NCBI GenBank assembly: GCA_965223845.1 | Contig: CBDCXR010000004.1 | Location: 160,001 to 224,000, forward strand | Origin: Planctomycetota bacterium | Lineage (GTDB): Bacteria > Planctomycetota > UBA8108 > SXIK01 | Length of the DNA stretch: 64,000 bases | Reading direction: 5' to 3' | Shown: positions 41,293 through 50,820 of the stretch, in pieces | How positions within the stretch are numbered: position 1 is the first letter of the stretch | How the letters are laid out: every line of letters begins with the position of its first letter | The notes under the pieces: generated by a model | Seen by the model: the letters and a program-made list of their open reading frames with translations, nothing else | Database searches by the model: none | What the model was told of the DNA's origin: nothing | Program-made: the position numbers and the translations under genes

Positions 41293-42648
41293 ATGGATCG
41301 ACCCTTGGCTCGCATCTCGTTCCGATCGCTCGTCGCCGCCGTCGTTCTCTGCGCTGGGTGGGCGCCGGCTCACGCGGAGTCGGTCACGTCGCTCCAGAAG
41401 AAGCTCTACGCGCATCTCAGGGCCGGCGATTCCGACGCCGCCAAGGAGGTCGTTCGCGAGCTCGCCGCCGCCGGCACGCCGACCGCTTATCGGGCTCTGA
41501 TCCGAACCGGACTCGTCGGCCAGGACTACGAGGTCGAGAAGCTCGTGGGCGGGTATCTCGTTCAGATTTCGGGTGAACCGGGGCGGAAGCTCGTTCTGAA
41601 GGAGCTTGCGAAGAACTCCAACTACCGGACCCGAGTCGTTCTCTGTGCCGTCGCCGCGCACTGGGCGCAAACCGACGCCGCGGCGCTCGACGCGCTCCAC
41701 GGCGCGATGGTCGATCCGTCGAGACCGGTCGCGTTTGCGGCGCTCGCGCAGATTCAGAAGCTGAAGAAGTGGGAATCCGTCGAGCCGCTCATCGATGCCC
41801 TCGAGTCGCGCCTGCGGAAGCAGGATAGACTCTACTTCGACCTTCGCTCGACGCTGAAAGCGCTCACGGGTCAGTCGTTCGACGCGATCGCCGACTGGCG
41901 CAATTTCGCCGCCACCCGGAACGGTCGACCGCCGCCGCCGAAGCGGAAACCGAAGCGGTCGAAGAGCTCCACCGTTCTCTACAAACCGCCGACTTTCTTC
42001 AGCGTCTCGTTGGATTCCGACCGCGTGCTCTTCGTGATCGACGTGTCGCAAAGCATGCTCGTTCGCGACCCCGAGCTGCCGCCCGAGCTCGTGTCGTCCG
42101 GCACCGGTCGGCGGTCCGGCCGTACGGTTGCGGTCGCTCCGAAGAAGGAAGGAGAGAAGGATCCGCCGCCGAAGCCGCCGGGACCGGAGCGTGAACGTCT
42201 CCTCCGAGTCAAAAAAGAGCTCGTCAAGGTGCTCAACGCGCTACCGGCGTCGACGCGCTTCGGGGTGCTTCAGTTCAGCCACAAGCTGTCGTTTTTCGGG
42301 GGCACGTCGACGCTTCACGGAGCTACGCCGGCGAAGAAGTCTGAGGCCGCGGCCTGGGTAACCGGGCTCAAGGCCTACGGCGCGACGCGAACGGACCGCG
42401 CGCTCCAGCTCGCCATGAGCATCCCCGAGATCGATACCATCTACCTGCTCACGGACGGCCGACCGCGCGACGAGCGCGACGGCAAGATCCCCATGGAACC
42501 GATCCTCGATTTCGTCGAGCACGAAAACCGGTTTCGCAAAGTGCGCATCCACACGATCAGTTTCGAGCAGGTGAAGAGTGCCGAGATGCGGAACTTCGTG
42601 CGCGAGCTCGCGAAGCGAACGGGCGGCGAGTGCCATATGCTGCGCTGA
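41293..42648 (+). CDS. Secreted HEAT-repeat plus von Willebrand factor A domain protein
   Basis: Signal peptide ending AHA; HEAT-like helices; MIDAS motif VIDVSQSM...GAT...LLTDG; IHTI. Confidence 0.85.
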   Translation: MDRPLARISFRSLVAAVVLCAGWAPAHAESVTSLQKKLYAHLRAGDSDAAKEVVRELAAAGTPTAYRALIRTGLVGQDYEVEKLVGGYLVQISGEPGRKLVLKELAKNSNYRTRVVLCAVAAHWAQTDAAALDALHGAMVDPSRPVAFAALAQIQKLKKWESVEPLIDALESRLRKQDRLYFDLRSTLKALTGQSFDAIADWRNFAATRNGRPPPPKRKPKRSKSSTVLYKPPTFFSVSLDSDRVLFVIDVSQSMLVRDPELPPELVSSGTGRRSGRTVAVAPKKEGEKDPPPKPPGPERERLLRVKKELVKVLNALPASTRFGVLQFSHKLSFFGGTSTLHGATPAKKSEAAAWVTGLKAYGATRTDRALQLAMSIPEIDTIYLLTDGRPRDERDGKIPMEPILDFVEHENRFRKVRIHTISFEQVKSAEMRNFVRELAKRTGGECHMLR

Positions 42649-42704
42649 CTCGGACCGGATCGGCTTCGTGGTCAGGGAGAGTGCTTTGGGCGAGTCGCGC
42701 CCGT

Positions 42705-44180
42705 CTAGAGCCCGAGCTCGCGAGAGAGCCATTTCGAGACGAATCGCGCGGCGAGAAAGAGCCCGATCCAGGCGGCGATCCAGAGCGGGAGGAATCGCGC
42801 CCCGGACGGCCTCGTGCTCGTGGGGGCGCGCGGCGCCGGGCGTCGGGGAGCCCGAGTCGGAGCTGCCCTCGATACGGGGGGCGGCTCGTCGCGCGAGGGA
42901 ACGACCTCCTCGATCGCGACCTCGTCTTCGGGCGCGGTCGGGCCGTCGGTGATCGGCGAATCCCACGCGACCTGGTGAACGCCGCTCTCATCGTCGTCCC
43001 ACGCGATGGTGCTCCGTGCGGGCGAAGGTGCAGCGACGGCTGCGCTTTCGGCGCCGCGATCCGCGCGGCGGCTGAGCACACGCGCGACTTCCTCGCCGGG
43101 CGGGCGCGATGCCGGCTCCTTCGCCAGCATACGATCGAGGAGTACGGACACGTCGTCAGGTATGCCTCCGGCGACGACATCGGCCGGGGCCGGGCGAGTC
43201 TCGCGGTGTCGCTTCTGCAATGTGACGACGTCTCCCTCGCCCATCGGCGGCGTCCGCGTGAGGAGGTGGTATCCGAGCGCGCCGAGATTGTAGACCGCGG
43301 CCGCCGTGTCGCTCTTCGCCGCGCCCTTCTCACCGACGTACTCCGGTGGAAGATAGGGCGCGAACTCGGGGAGATGTTTCGTGTCGCCCGAGGCGTGCGC
43401 GACGAACGCCCCTAGGTCGAACGCCGGCAGCAAGGGGCGCAGGGCGGAGTCGACTTCGACGTGGATGAATGCGATCGGATGGCTCTCTCCGCTCGCCGCT
43501 CCGCGTTCGAGCACGGCTTCGACGAGATCGCGAAAGAACGCGAGCCGGACGGAGAGATCGGCGGACTCGACGACGTCGAGCACCGCTCGATCCGTGGGGG
43601 AGACCGTTCCCCGCACGCCGACGAGAATCGGGCCCCCGGCGTCGGCGCTCACATGGAGTACGGGCTGGAGCGAGGCGTGCTCGAGCTCCATTCCGACGTT
43701 CGCCGCTGCGCGAATACGTTCGACCACGCTCGGCTCGGGCCGGCGTGCCGGATGGATCCAGTCCATCCTCACTTCGCGGTCCATCGCGCTCTGGTGCGCG
43801 CGACAGGCGAAAACTCCGGAATCCTCGCGCAGCGCCTCGAGCATGCGCGTCCCGTGGTGCTCGTCGGGCGGCGGCGGAATCCACTCGCCCGCGGCGAAGG
43901 CGAAGAGGCGCGACCCGGCCTGAAACCGCCCGCCGTCCTGAAGCTGAACCGGCCGCGAGATTCGTTGCCGTCCGACGAACGTACCGTTGCTCGAGCCGAG
44001 ATCCTGCAGCACCCACCGCCCTCGATCGAGGACGATCGCGGCGTGGCGACGGGAGCAGCGCGGGTCGTCGAGTCCGATCTCGTTCTCGGGATCGCGCCCG
44101 AGCACCGTCGGACGACGTGAGCGAAATACGGGGTACTCGTGGCCGGCGGTCGGCCCTTTCACTTCGCGCAGAATTGGCAT
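42705..44180 (-). CDS. FHA domain, degenerate protein-kinase (pseudokinase) domain and C-terminal TM
   Basis: LGRD, CSRRHA and DLGSSNGT (FHA). Kinase C-lobe YLPPE, VYNLG..GYHLLT..PP and RMLAKEP..RP are present, but VAIK, HRD and a canonical DFG are not. Confidence 0.85.
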   Translation of the reverse strand: MPILREVKGPTAGHEYPVFRSRRPTVLGRDPENEIGLDDPRCSRRHAAIVLDRGRWVLQDLGSSNGTFVGRQRISRPVQLQDGGRFQAGSRLFAFAAGEWIPPPPDEHHGTRMLEALREDSGVFACRAHQSAMDREVRMDWIHPARRPEPSVVERIRAAANVGMELEHASLQPVLHVSADAGGPILVGVRGTVSPTDRAVLDVVESADLSVRLAFFRDLVEAVLERGAASGESHPIAFIHVEVDSALRPLLPAFDLGAFVAHASGDTKHLPEFAPYLPPEYVGEKGAAKSDTAAAVYNLGALGYHLLTRTPPMGEGDVVTLQKRHRETRPAPADVVAGGIPDDVSVLLDRMLAKEPASRPPGEEVARVLSRRADRGAESAAVAAPSPARSTIAWDDDESGVHQVAWDSPITDGPTAPEDEVAIEEVVPSRDEPPPVSRAAPTRAPRRPAPRAPTSTRPSGARFLPLWIAAWIGLFLAARFVSKWLSRELGL

Positions 44181-44584
44181 GGGGGAGGAGAGAGCGGTCG
44201 ACGCCAGCGGCGTCCAGGTGGCGGGTTCAGAAGACTATGATACGGGACCGGATCGAACGAACAAAGCCCTCGTGAGTTCGGCCCGCTCGAGCGCGCCGCG
44301 GGACGCCCCGCGGCTCTAGCCAGCCCGAGTTCGGACCCCGTATGCGCCGCGTTCGTCGCAGTGTGAACGCGCGGTTCGAGAACGTCGCTGCGTCGAGTGC
44401 AGCGCTGATACCCATCCGCCTCGCCGTGGAGATTCGCTGCTTTTGGCGAGGGCTCTGTTATGATGAATTCATACGAGAGTATCGCGACTGCGGACGCCGG
44501 GCGCCACTCGAGGGTGCCGTCGGCGGGAGTCGAACTCGTATAGGCGTCCAGGTGCACTTCGGAAGTACTTTTCGGGAGTTCTTT

Positions 44585-45121
44585 TTGATCGAGCAGAGAC
44601 AGCACGCTCGGGTGCAGAGCGCGGCGTCGAGTCCGAGTCGGCGCGGCGAGGTGGGGCCTCAGTTTTCGCGGCGACTCGCGGTTCACTGCGCACAGTTCCT
44701 CGACCGGCACAAGCTCGAGGATATCGCCGTCTTCGAGGTCGGGCCGTCGATGGGGATCACCGACTACTTCGTGGTCGCGACCGGTCGGAATTCTCGCCAC
44801 TTGCGTGCGGCGAGCGACAAGCTCCTCAAGGAGCTCCGCGATCAGAGCGTCGAGCGACGATCGGTGGAAGGCTACAAGGACGACAAGTGGGTGCTCGTCG
44901 ATCTCGACGAAGCGGTCGTCCACCTCTTCGGGGCGGAAGCTCGCCGGTACTACGACCTCGAGCTGCTGTGGGGAGACTGCCCGCGGGTCGAGTGGGAGGA
45001 CGAGCGCGGCATGGCGAGCGACGAAGCCCCCGGCGATCACCTCGTGGACGGCCCTTCGAGCGAGCTCGCGCGCCGCGATCCGGGTGACCTTCCGTCGCGC
45101 GACCGATTCGGCGCGGAATAG
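44585..45121 (+). CDS. rsfS: Ribosome silencing factor
   Basis: K.EDI, TDYFVVATG.N.RH, WVLVD..VVHLF..EAR.YYDLE.LWGD. TTG start chosen from a GGGAG RBS; uncertain. Confidence 0.92.
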   Translation: MIEQRQHARVQSAASSPSRRGEVGPQFSRRLAVHCAQFLDRHKLEDIAVFEVGPSMGITDYFVVATGRNSRHLRAASDKLLKELRDQSVERRSVEGYKDDKWVLVDLDEAVVHLFGAEARRYYDLELLWGDCPRVEWEDERGMASDEAPGDHLVDGPSSELARRDPGDLPSRDRFGAE

Positions 45122-45140
45122 TCCGTCCAGCGGGGATGCC

Positions 45141-45674
45141 ATGGCCGAGCCGGGTTGGCGAGTATCTCTCGAGACGCGATCGGTCGAGGAAACGACGCAC
45201 CTCGCCGCGGATCTCGCGCGTTGTCTCTCCGGTGGCGATGTCCTCGCGCTGACCGGTGACCTCGGCGCAGGGAAGACGACGTTCACGAAAGGGCTTTGCG
45301 CCGGGCTCGGGATCGACGACGAGCGAACGGTCTCGAGCCCGACTTACGTCCTTGAGCACCGGTATTCGACGCGAGTTCCCGTCATTCACTACGACGCTTA
45401 CCGACTCGCCTCGGCGGAGGAGTTCCTGGATCTCGGCTTCGACGAAGCGCTTCAGTCTCGCGACGCGATCCTCGTCGTCGAGTGGGCCGATCGTGTGCTC
45501 GCTGCGTTCCCGTCCGATCGGCTGAACATCGCACTCGGGTTTTCGCTCCGGGGCGCCGCCGCCGATGACGGTCACCGGTCGATCGATGTTTTCGGCCCGG
45601 TCGATCCTTGGGCCGAAAAGCTCGGTGAGTGGGCGGCGAGGTACGCGGCGGATCCGCACGCGCGGCTCGAATGA
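45141..45674 (+). CDS. tsaE: tRNA threonylcarbamoyladenosine biosynthesis ATPase
   Basis: LTGDLGAGKTTF, VSSPTY, HYDAYRL and VVEWAD. Confidence 0.96.
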   Translation: MAEPGWRVSLETRSVEETTHLAADLARCLSGGDVLALTGDLGAGKTTFTKGLCAGLGIDDERTVSSPTYVLEHRYSTRVPVIHYDAYRLASAEEFLDLGFDEALQSRDAILVVEWADRVLAAFPSDRLNIALGFSLRGAAADDGHRSIDVFGPVDPWAEKLGEWAARYAADPHARLE

Positions 45675-46077
45675 AGACCGATCGGCGACGCGGCCGGGGC
45701 TCCGTCCACGCGTTGCCGAATCGAGCGCAGAGCCGGTGGGAATCGGGGCCAGAGGCGTAGACGATCGCCACGCGTGCATGGTCCGAAAACGCCGGGAGGC
45801 GCGCGAACGCACCGCCGCGAGTCGCGAGGGATCCGGGCGGAGCCCCAGCCGGGCCGCCGCGTAAAGTTTTCCTCCGCGTTGAGCGGATAAGTAGAGAAGG
45901 TCCCAATGTGGAATCGATCCGCCGGGACCCCTCCGCGAGGAGAAATGAACGGGGCGACGAGCGATTGTCTCCGCGTCGTTCTGCTGGCGGACGCTGGACT
46001 CCGATTTCGCTCCCCTTCGTCGATCGCTCCCCGCCCGTTCGTTCGCGCGGATTCTCCCACGACTCATCCCCGCCCGC

Positions 46078-47409
46078 ATGGCCACTGAGAAGTCACTCGA
46101 CGTCCGCATGGGACAGGTCTTGATCCGCAACAAGGCCTGCTCGCTTCGTGACGTGAACCACGCGTTCGCTGAGCAGCGCCGCCTCCGCTCGGAGAATCGA
46201 CGCGCGACGCTCACCGAGATCCTGATCGCGCAGGGCGTGATCTCCGAGGATGACGCCCGCGCGTCGCTCGCTGCGGTCGGTCAGCTCTGCCTCTACTGTT
46301 CTCGCTGTGATCGCTACGACGTCCTCCGCTCCTACCGGCCGGATCGCGACGCGAACTGCGCGATCTGCGGCGAGCCGCGCGTCGCGGTGGAACCGGACGT
46401 GCGAAAGGAGGCGCTCCGCGGGGCGCAGGAATCCTCCGCCGCCGCGGCCGCTCCCGACGAGTCGCGATCGTCGCCGGCGGAACCCGATCCGCGCGGCGCT
46501 CGATCCGAGACTCCCGCGCAGCCGGTCGAGACTGAGCCCGTGGGAAACCCGAAGCGCGCGGACTTTCGCGGGGCCGTCCTCGGCGGCTGCGAGATCGTCG
46601 AGAAGATTGCGAACGGCGGGATGGGGGTCGTCTACAAAGCGCTCCAGCTCAACCTCGGGCGCACGGTCGCGGTGAAGGTGCTCGCCGAGGACCTCGCGAA
46701 GGACACGAACTTCATCATGCGCTTCCAGCAGGAGGCGCGTGCGGCGGCGCAGCTCAATCACGGCGGCATCGTGCACATCAACGACGTCGGCGAGGAGTCC
46801 GGCACTTTCTATTTCGTGATGGAGTACGTGGACGGCGAGAACCTGAAGACTCTGCTCGAGAGTGGCGTCGAGTTCTCGGTCGCGCAGACGATCGAGATCA
46901 TGATCCAGGTGTGCAAGGCGCTCCGCCACGCCCACCATCGCGGAATCATTCACCGCGACATCAAGCCCGAAAACATCATGATCACGAAGGACGAGTTGGT
47001 AAAGCTCGCCGACCTCGGCCTAGCGAAGCGCGTGTCGGAGGAGTCGGCCGGACTCACCCACGCGGGATCGATTCTCGGCACGCCGTACTACATGGCGCCC
47101 GAACAGGCGAAAGACTTCAGCAAGGTGGACGTCCGCTCGGACATCTACAGCCTCGGTGTGACGATCTATCGTCTCCTCACCGGGCAGGTTCCGTTCTACG
47201 GTCGCAGTCCGATCGAGGTCATGATCAAGGCGATCGACGGCAACAAAACGCCGATGCGTGAGCTGCGCTCCGAGATCCCGGTCGAGATCGAAGCTCTCGT
47301 CGATCGCATGATGCACAAGATGCCGAGTGAGCGGTACCAGTGCGTCGACGAAGTCCTCGAGGACTTGATGAAGATCGACGTATCGCTGAAGAGCGCGGCG
47401 GCACACTGA
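46078..47409 (+). CDS. Cytoplasmic Ser/Thr kinase with N-terminal MshEN-like and Cys4 zinc-binding region
   Basis: GGMGVVY, VAVK, HRDIKPEN, DLG, GTPYYMAPE and DIYSLG; N-terminal RMGQVLI and CSRC...CAIC; no TM. Confidence 0.93.
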   Translation: MATEKSLDVRMGQVLIRNKACSLRDVNHAFAEQRRLRSENRRATLTEILIAQGVISEDDARASLAAVGQLCLYCSRCDRYDVLRSYRPDRDANCAICGEPRVAVEPDVRKEALRGAQESSAAAAAPDESRSSPAEPDPRGARSETPAQPVETEPVGNPKRADFRGAVLGGCEIVEKIANGGMGVVYKALQLNLGRTVAVKVLAEDLAKDTNFIMRFQQEARAAAQLNHGGIVHINDVGEESGTFYFVMEYVDGENLKTLLESGVEFSVAQTIEIMIQVCKALRHAHHRGIIHRDIKPENIMITKDELVKLADLGLAKRVSEESAGLTHAGSILGTPYYMAPEQAKDFSKVDVRSDIYSLGVTIYRLLTGQVPFYGRSPIEVMIKAIDGNKTPMRELRSEIPVEIEALVDRMMHKMPSERYQCVDEVLEDLMKIDVSLKSAAAH

Positions 47410-47467
47410 GGTGCGAGGGCGGTCGTGGGGCGTCGCGCGTTCTTCCCGCTCGGCGTAGAACTCGCGC

Positions 47468-47495
47468 TTGACGAGACGACTCGTTCCCGTAATCT
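47468..47495 (+). promoter_or_regulatory. Sigma70-like promoter (TTGACG-N16-TAATCT)
   Basis: Near-consensus hexamers in the intergenic region ~350 nt upstream of ORF 47842. Confidence 0.4.
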
Positions 47496-47841
47496 CAATG
47501 GACGCGAACCGCTTTGTGGTCGAGTCCGCTCCGCGCCCCCAAATCTCTCGGAGAGCGGCCCAGTCGATGACTTCGGGCCAGCTCCTCACTCCCGGGGACG
47601 CGCGACACAGCAGATCCCTCCAATCGCGAATCGTGCGGCAGAGTAGAGCCGGTGGGCGACCCGGAGCGATCGCCGGACGCGGAGAGCGCTCGCAGCGAGC
47701 GCCCGTGGATTCTCATGAAAGAGAGCTTCGACGAGCGATCGTCTCGGCTCGGGGGCGGCTGACACGAACGAGTCGGCCCTCGACTCGAAGCGCATTGTTT
47801 GGGTCGGGCCGATTTTCTTCGCGCGGGCTCACCGCGCGGCA

Positions 47842-48174
47842 ATGACTGCGATGCATAAGCCCTCCGACTCGTCGTCCGAACGCCGTGAATTCCTGTTCGA
47901 TCGCGACACCATCGGTCGGCCGGAAGAAGAGCTCGCCGCCGTCTACGAGCGCCGGAGATCGACTTCGGAGCGACTCGACGACCGGGCGGCGGTCGAGCGC
48001 TGCGATGAGGCTTACGAAGTGGCGCGGAAGTCCCTCGCCGAGGTGCTCTCGAATCCGGGACTCGGGCCTCGCGGGGCGGAACGTCGTGCGCGTGGGTCAA
48101 CCCCCGGCTCGGATGGCGACCGCACCGAGGACGGGAGCGCGGGCGAGCTCGAGCACGGAGACTCGATGTCGTGA
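47842..48174 (+). CDS. Hypothetical small acidic protein
   Basis: Protein-like helical composition, co-oriented with neighbours. No family recognised. Confidence 0.45.
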   Translation: MTAMHKPSDSSSERREFLFDRDTIGRPEEELAAVYERRRSTSERLDDRAAVERCDEAYEVARKSLAEVLSNPGLGPRGAERRARGSTPGSDGDRTEDGSAGELEHGDSMS

Positions 48175-48294
48175 TGCTCCGCGCACCAGAGCCCGCCTGG
48201 AGACGCATCGTCCGGCGCCGCGATCACCGCCCGATCAGCGCGTCGCCATCGATCGAGTAGTCGCCGACGATATGCCAGTCAGCGAGGGCATCTC

Positions 48295-50820
48295 ATGTTG
48301 ATTCGTTCGGTCCGCGGGCAGAACTTTATGCGGTTCGAGTCCGTCGTTCTCGACGGGCTGCCACGCCGCGGGATGATCGCGATCGAGGGGCCGAACGAGA
48401 GCGGCAAGACCACCATCGGCGAGCTACTCTTCTTCGCGTTTTTTGGTCACTCGCGTTCCGCCGAGCGCTCGAGTGTCGCCGATCTCATCCGTTGGGGCGC
48501 TCAATCGATGGCGGTCGAGGTCGAGTTTTCCGCTGCCGACCGCGCGGGCGAGACGAATGACTATCTGATCTACCGCGAGGTCGACCGCGAAGGTACGAAC
48601 TACGTCAAGCTGCTCGAGCTTCCGAGTCGGCGGGCGATCGCGACGGGGAACGTCGCGGTCAACGAGTTTCTCGCGCGCGAAGTGCGCTTCGACGCGTGCG
48701 AGTTCCAGCGGTCGTTCTACTACGACCAGCACGAGGACCGCCGCTTCGGCGTCGAGGGCTCGCAGGTGAGCTTCTTCGAGCGCGCGACGGGCATCTCCCA
48801 TCTCGCCGCGGCGATCGAACGGATCCGGGAGTCGACCGCGGCGCGCGAGGCCGAGAGCGCGGCGTGTGAACGCGACCTCGCGCGGTACCGCGATCAGATC
48901 GCTCGACTCGAGAAGATCGTCGGTCGGCGAGAGCTACTCGAAGAAAAGAGCCGTGGACTCGAGAGCGACGTGTCGACCGCCGAGGGCTCTGCGAGCACGC
49001 ACCGAAAGCACGCGGACGCCGAGCGCGCCGAGGCGAAACGACTGCAGGGCGACGCCGCGCTCCTCGGCGAAGCCGTCGGCGATCGCACGATCGCGTCGAT
49101 CGTCGAGGACCTCGAGCGCGTGGTCGTCTCCGGCCGGGCTGCTTCCGAGGCGCGACCGGATCTCCACGCCGACTCGCGCTGGCGGGAGTCTCTGGAACCC
49201 GCGCGCCGGAAACTCGACGATTTCCATCGTCTCGTCCGCGAGACCGGAGAGCTGACTCGACTCGGCGGCGAGCGCCTCGAGCGTCTCGAGGTGGACCTGG
49301 CGCCGGACGGCCTCCAAGCCGATGCCGAGCGCTGTCGAGTCGAGGTCGAGCGGGCTCGCAGCTCCGGGACCCGGTCGCTCGTTCTCGGAATCGTCGGCGG
49401 TCTTCTCTTTCTCGCCGGGATCGGCACGATCGTCGCCATCGCGCAGGGTCTCGTCGACTTCGGCGAGCAGAACCGAAACGGGATGATCGCGGGCGGCACC
49501 GCGGGCGGCCTCGGTCTCGTTCTCGTCCTGCTCGCGGCTTGGCGCGGCTCGGCGAGCTCGGCCGCGCTCCGGCGAGTCGAAGAGCGGCGAAGCGAAACGT
49601 CGGCGCGACTCGCGGAAACGACGCGCTCGCGCGATTCCCTTAGCGCCGCCCTCGACCGCGCGAAAGGAGACGATCTCGCCCGCGTGGTCGGCGAGCTGAA
49701 AGCCTGTGGCGATGCAACCATCGCCGACCGAGCCGCGAAACTCTCGGGCGACTGGCAATCGGCGTTCGGTGAGTCGGATCTCTGGTCCGTGCGCGACGAT
49801 CTCGCCAAGAGCTATCGTTCGCTGCGTGGGAAGCTTCTCGACGACGCATCCAAGAACAAGAAGAAAGCTACGGACGACGACCGCAACGCGAAGAACGTCC
49901 GCGGCGAGCTCGATCGCGCGCGAAAAGAAGTCGCGGAGTGCGAGGCCCAAGCGTCGAGGCTCGAGGCGGTTCGTCGCCGCGCGCGCGAAGCCGAGGAGGA
50001 CGCGGCGCGACTGCGCTCGCGGGTCGCGCGCGATCAAGCGGCGATTCGGCTTCTCGAGGAGACGATTCAAAGCGTCCGGGCGAAGGTCGCTCCCGCTGTG
50101 CGCGCGCATCTCCGCGAGGTGCTCCCGCGACTGACTGCGGGTCGATACCGCGACGTGCGAGTCGACGACGATCTCCGCGTCCGCGTCTTCTCGAGCGAAA
50201 AGAGCGATTTTCTCTCGCTCTCCGAGCTGAGCGGCGGGACGGGTGAAGCCCTCGGCCTCGCCGTTCGACTCGCGCTCGCGCAGACGTTCGTGAGCTCGCG
50301 CGTGCGACGGGCGCAGTTCGTCTTTCTCGACGAGCCCTTCAAGATGATGGACGCCGAGCGAAGCGCGGCGACACTCGGCGCGCTCCGAGCCTTGAGTCCG
50401 GACCTTTGTCAGGTCTTTGTCGCGCAGCCGACGCTCCCCGACTCGACGCGCGGCGATTTCGATCTGCTCATCGAGACTCGCGGCGCCGAATCGGACGAGG
50501 ACGGCGGAGTTCGTCTCGTGGTCGAGGGCGACGGAGCGGGATTCGAGCCGCTTCCGAACGGCGCCGACGCGAGCTCGCGCGGCGCGACGAACGAGCCGGA
50601 GATCCCGGTCGCGCCGCCGAGTACGGACGGCGTCGATGCGCGGGGCAGCTCCGCGGCGGAGGGCTCCGCGGCTCGAAGCTTCGCACCGGTCGTGCCGGTG
50701 GTCGTCCCGCCTCCCTCCGACGAAGAGGACGAAGAGGACCCACCGGCAGACTCGCCCTCCGGCGGTGCGTCTTCCGAGCGCGAGCACGATTCGTCGCCGC
50801 AGCCCGACGGAGCGCCGTGA
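48295..50820 (+). CDS. SMC/SbcC(Rad50)-like ABC ATPase with long coiled coils and a central TM hairpin
   Basis: NFMRF, Walker A GPNESGKTT, signature LSGG, Walker B FLDEPF; two hydrophobic helices at ~49375-49545. Confidence 0.9.
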   Translation: MLIRSVRGQNFMRFESVVLDGLPRRGMIAIEGPNESGKTTIGELLFFAFFGHSRSAERSSVADLIRWGAQSMAVEVEFSAADRAGETNDYLIYREVDREGTNYVKLLELPSRRAIATGNVAVNEFLAREVRFDACEFQRSFYYDQHEDRRFGVEGSQVSFFERATGISHLAAAIERIRESTAAREAESAACERDLARYRDQIARLEKIVGRRELLEEKSRGLESDVSTAEGSASTHRKHADAERAEAKRLQGDAALLGEAVGDRTIASIVEDLERVVVSGRAASEARPDLHADSRWRESLEPARRKLDDFHRLVRETGELTRLGGERLERLEVDLAPDGLQADAERCRVEVERARSSGTRSLVLGIVGGLLFLAGIGTIVAIAQGLVDFGEQNRNGMIAGGTAGGLGLVLVLLAAWRGSASSAALRRVEERRSETSARLAETTRSRDSLSAALDRAKGDDLARVVGELKACGDATIADRAAKLSGDWQSAFGESDLWSVRDDLAKSYRSLRGKLLDDASKNKKKATDDDRNAKNVRGELDRARKEVAECEAQASRLEAVRRRAREAEEDAARLRSRVARDQAAIRLLEETIQSVRAKVAPAVRAHLREVLPRLTAGRYRDVRVDDDLRVRVFSSEKSDFLSLSELSGGTGEALGLAVRLALAQTFVSSRVRRAQFVFLDEPFKMMDAERSAATLGALRALSPDLCQVFVAQPTLPDSTRGDFDLLIETRGAESDEDGGVRLVVEGDGAGFEPLPNGADASSRGATNEPEIPVAPPSTDGVDARGSSAAEGSAARSFAPVVPVVVPPPSDEEDEEDPPADSPSGGASSEREHDSSPQPDGAP

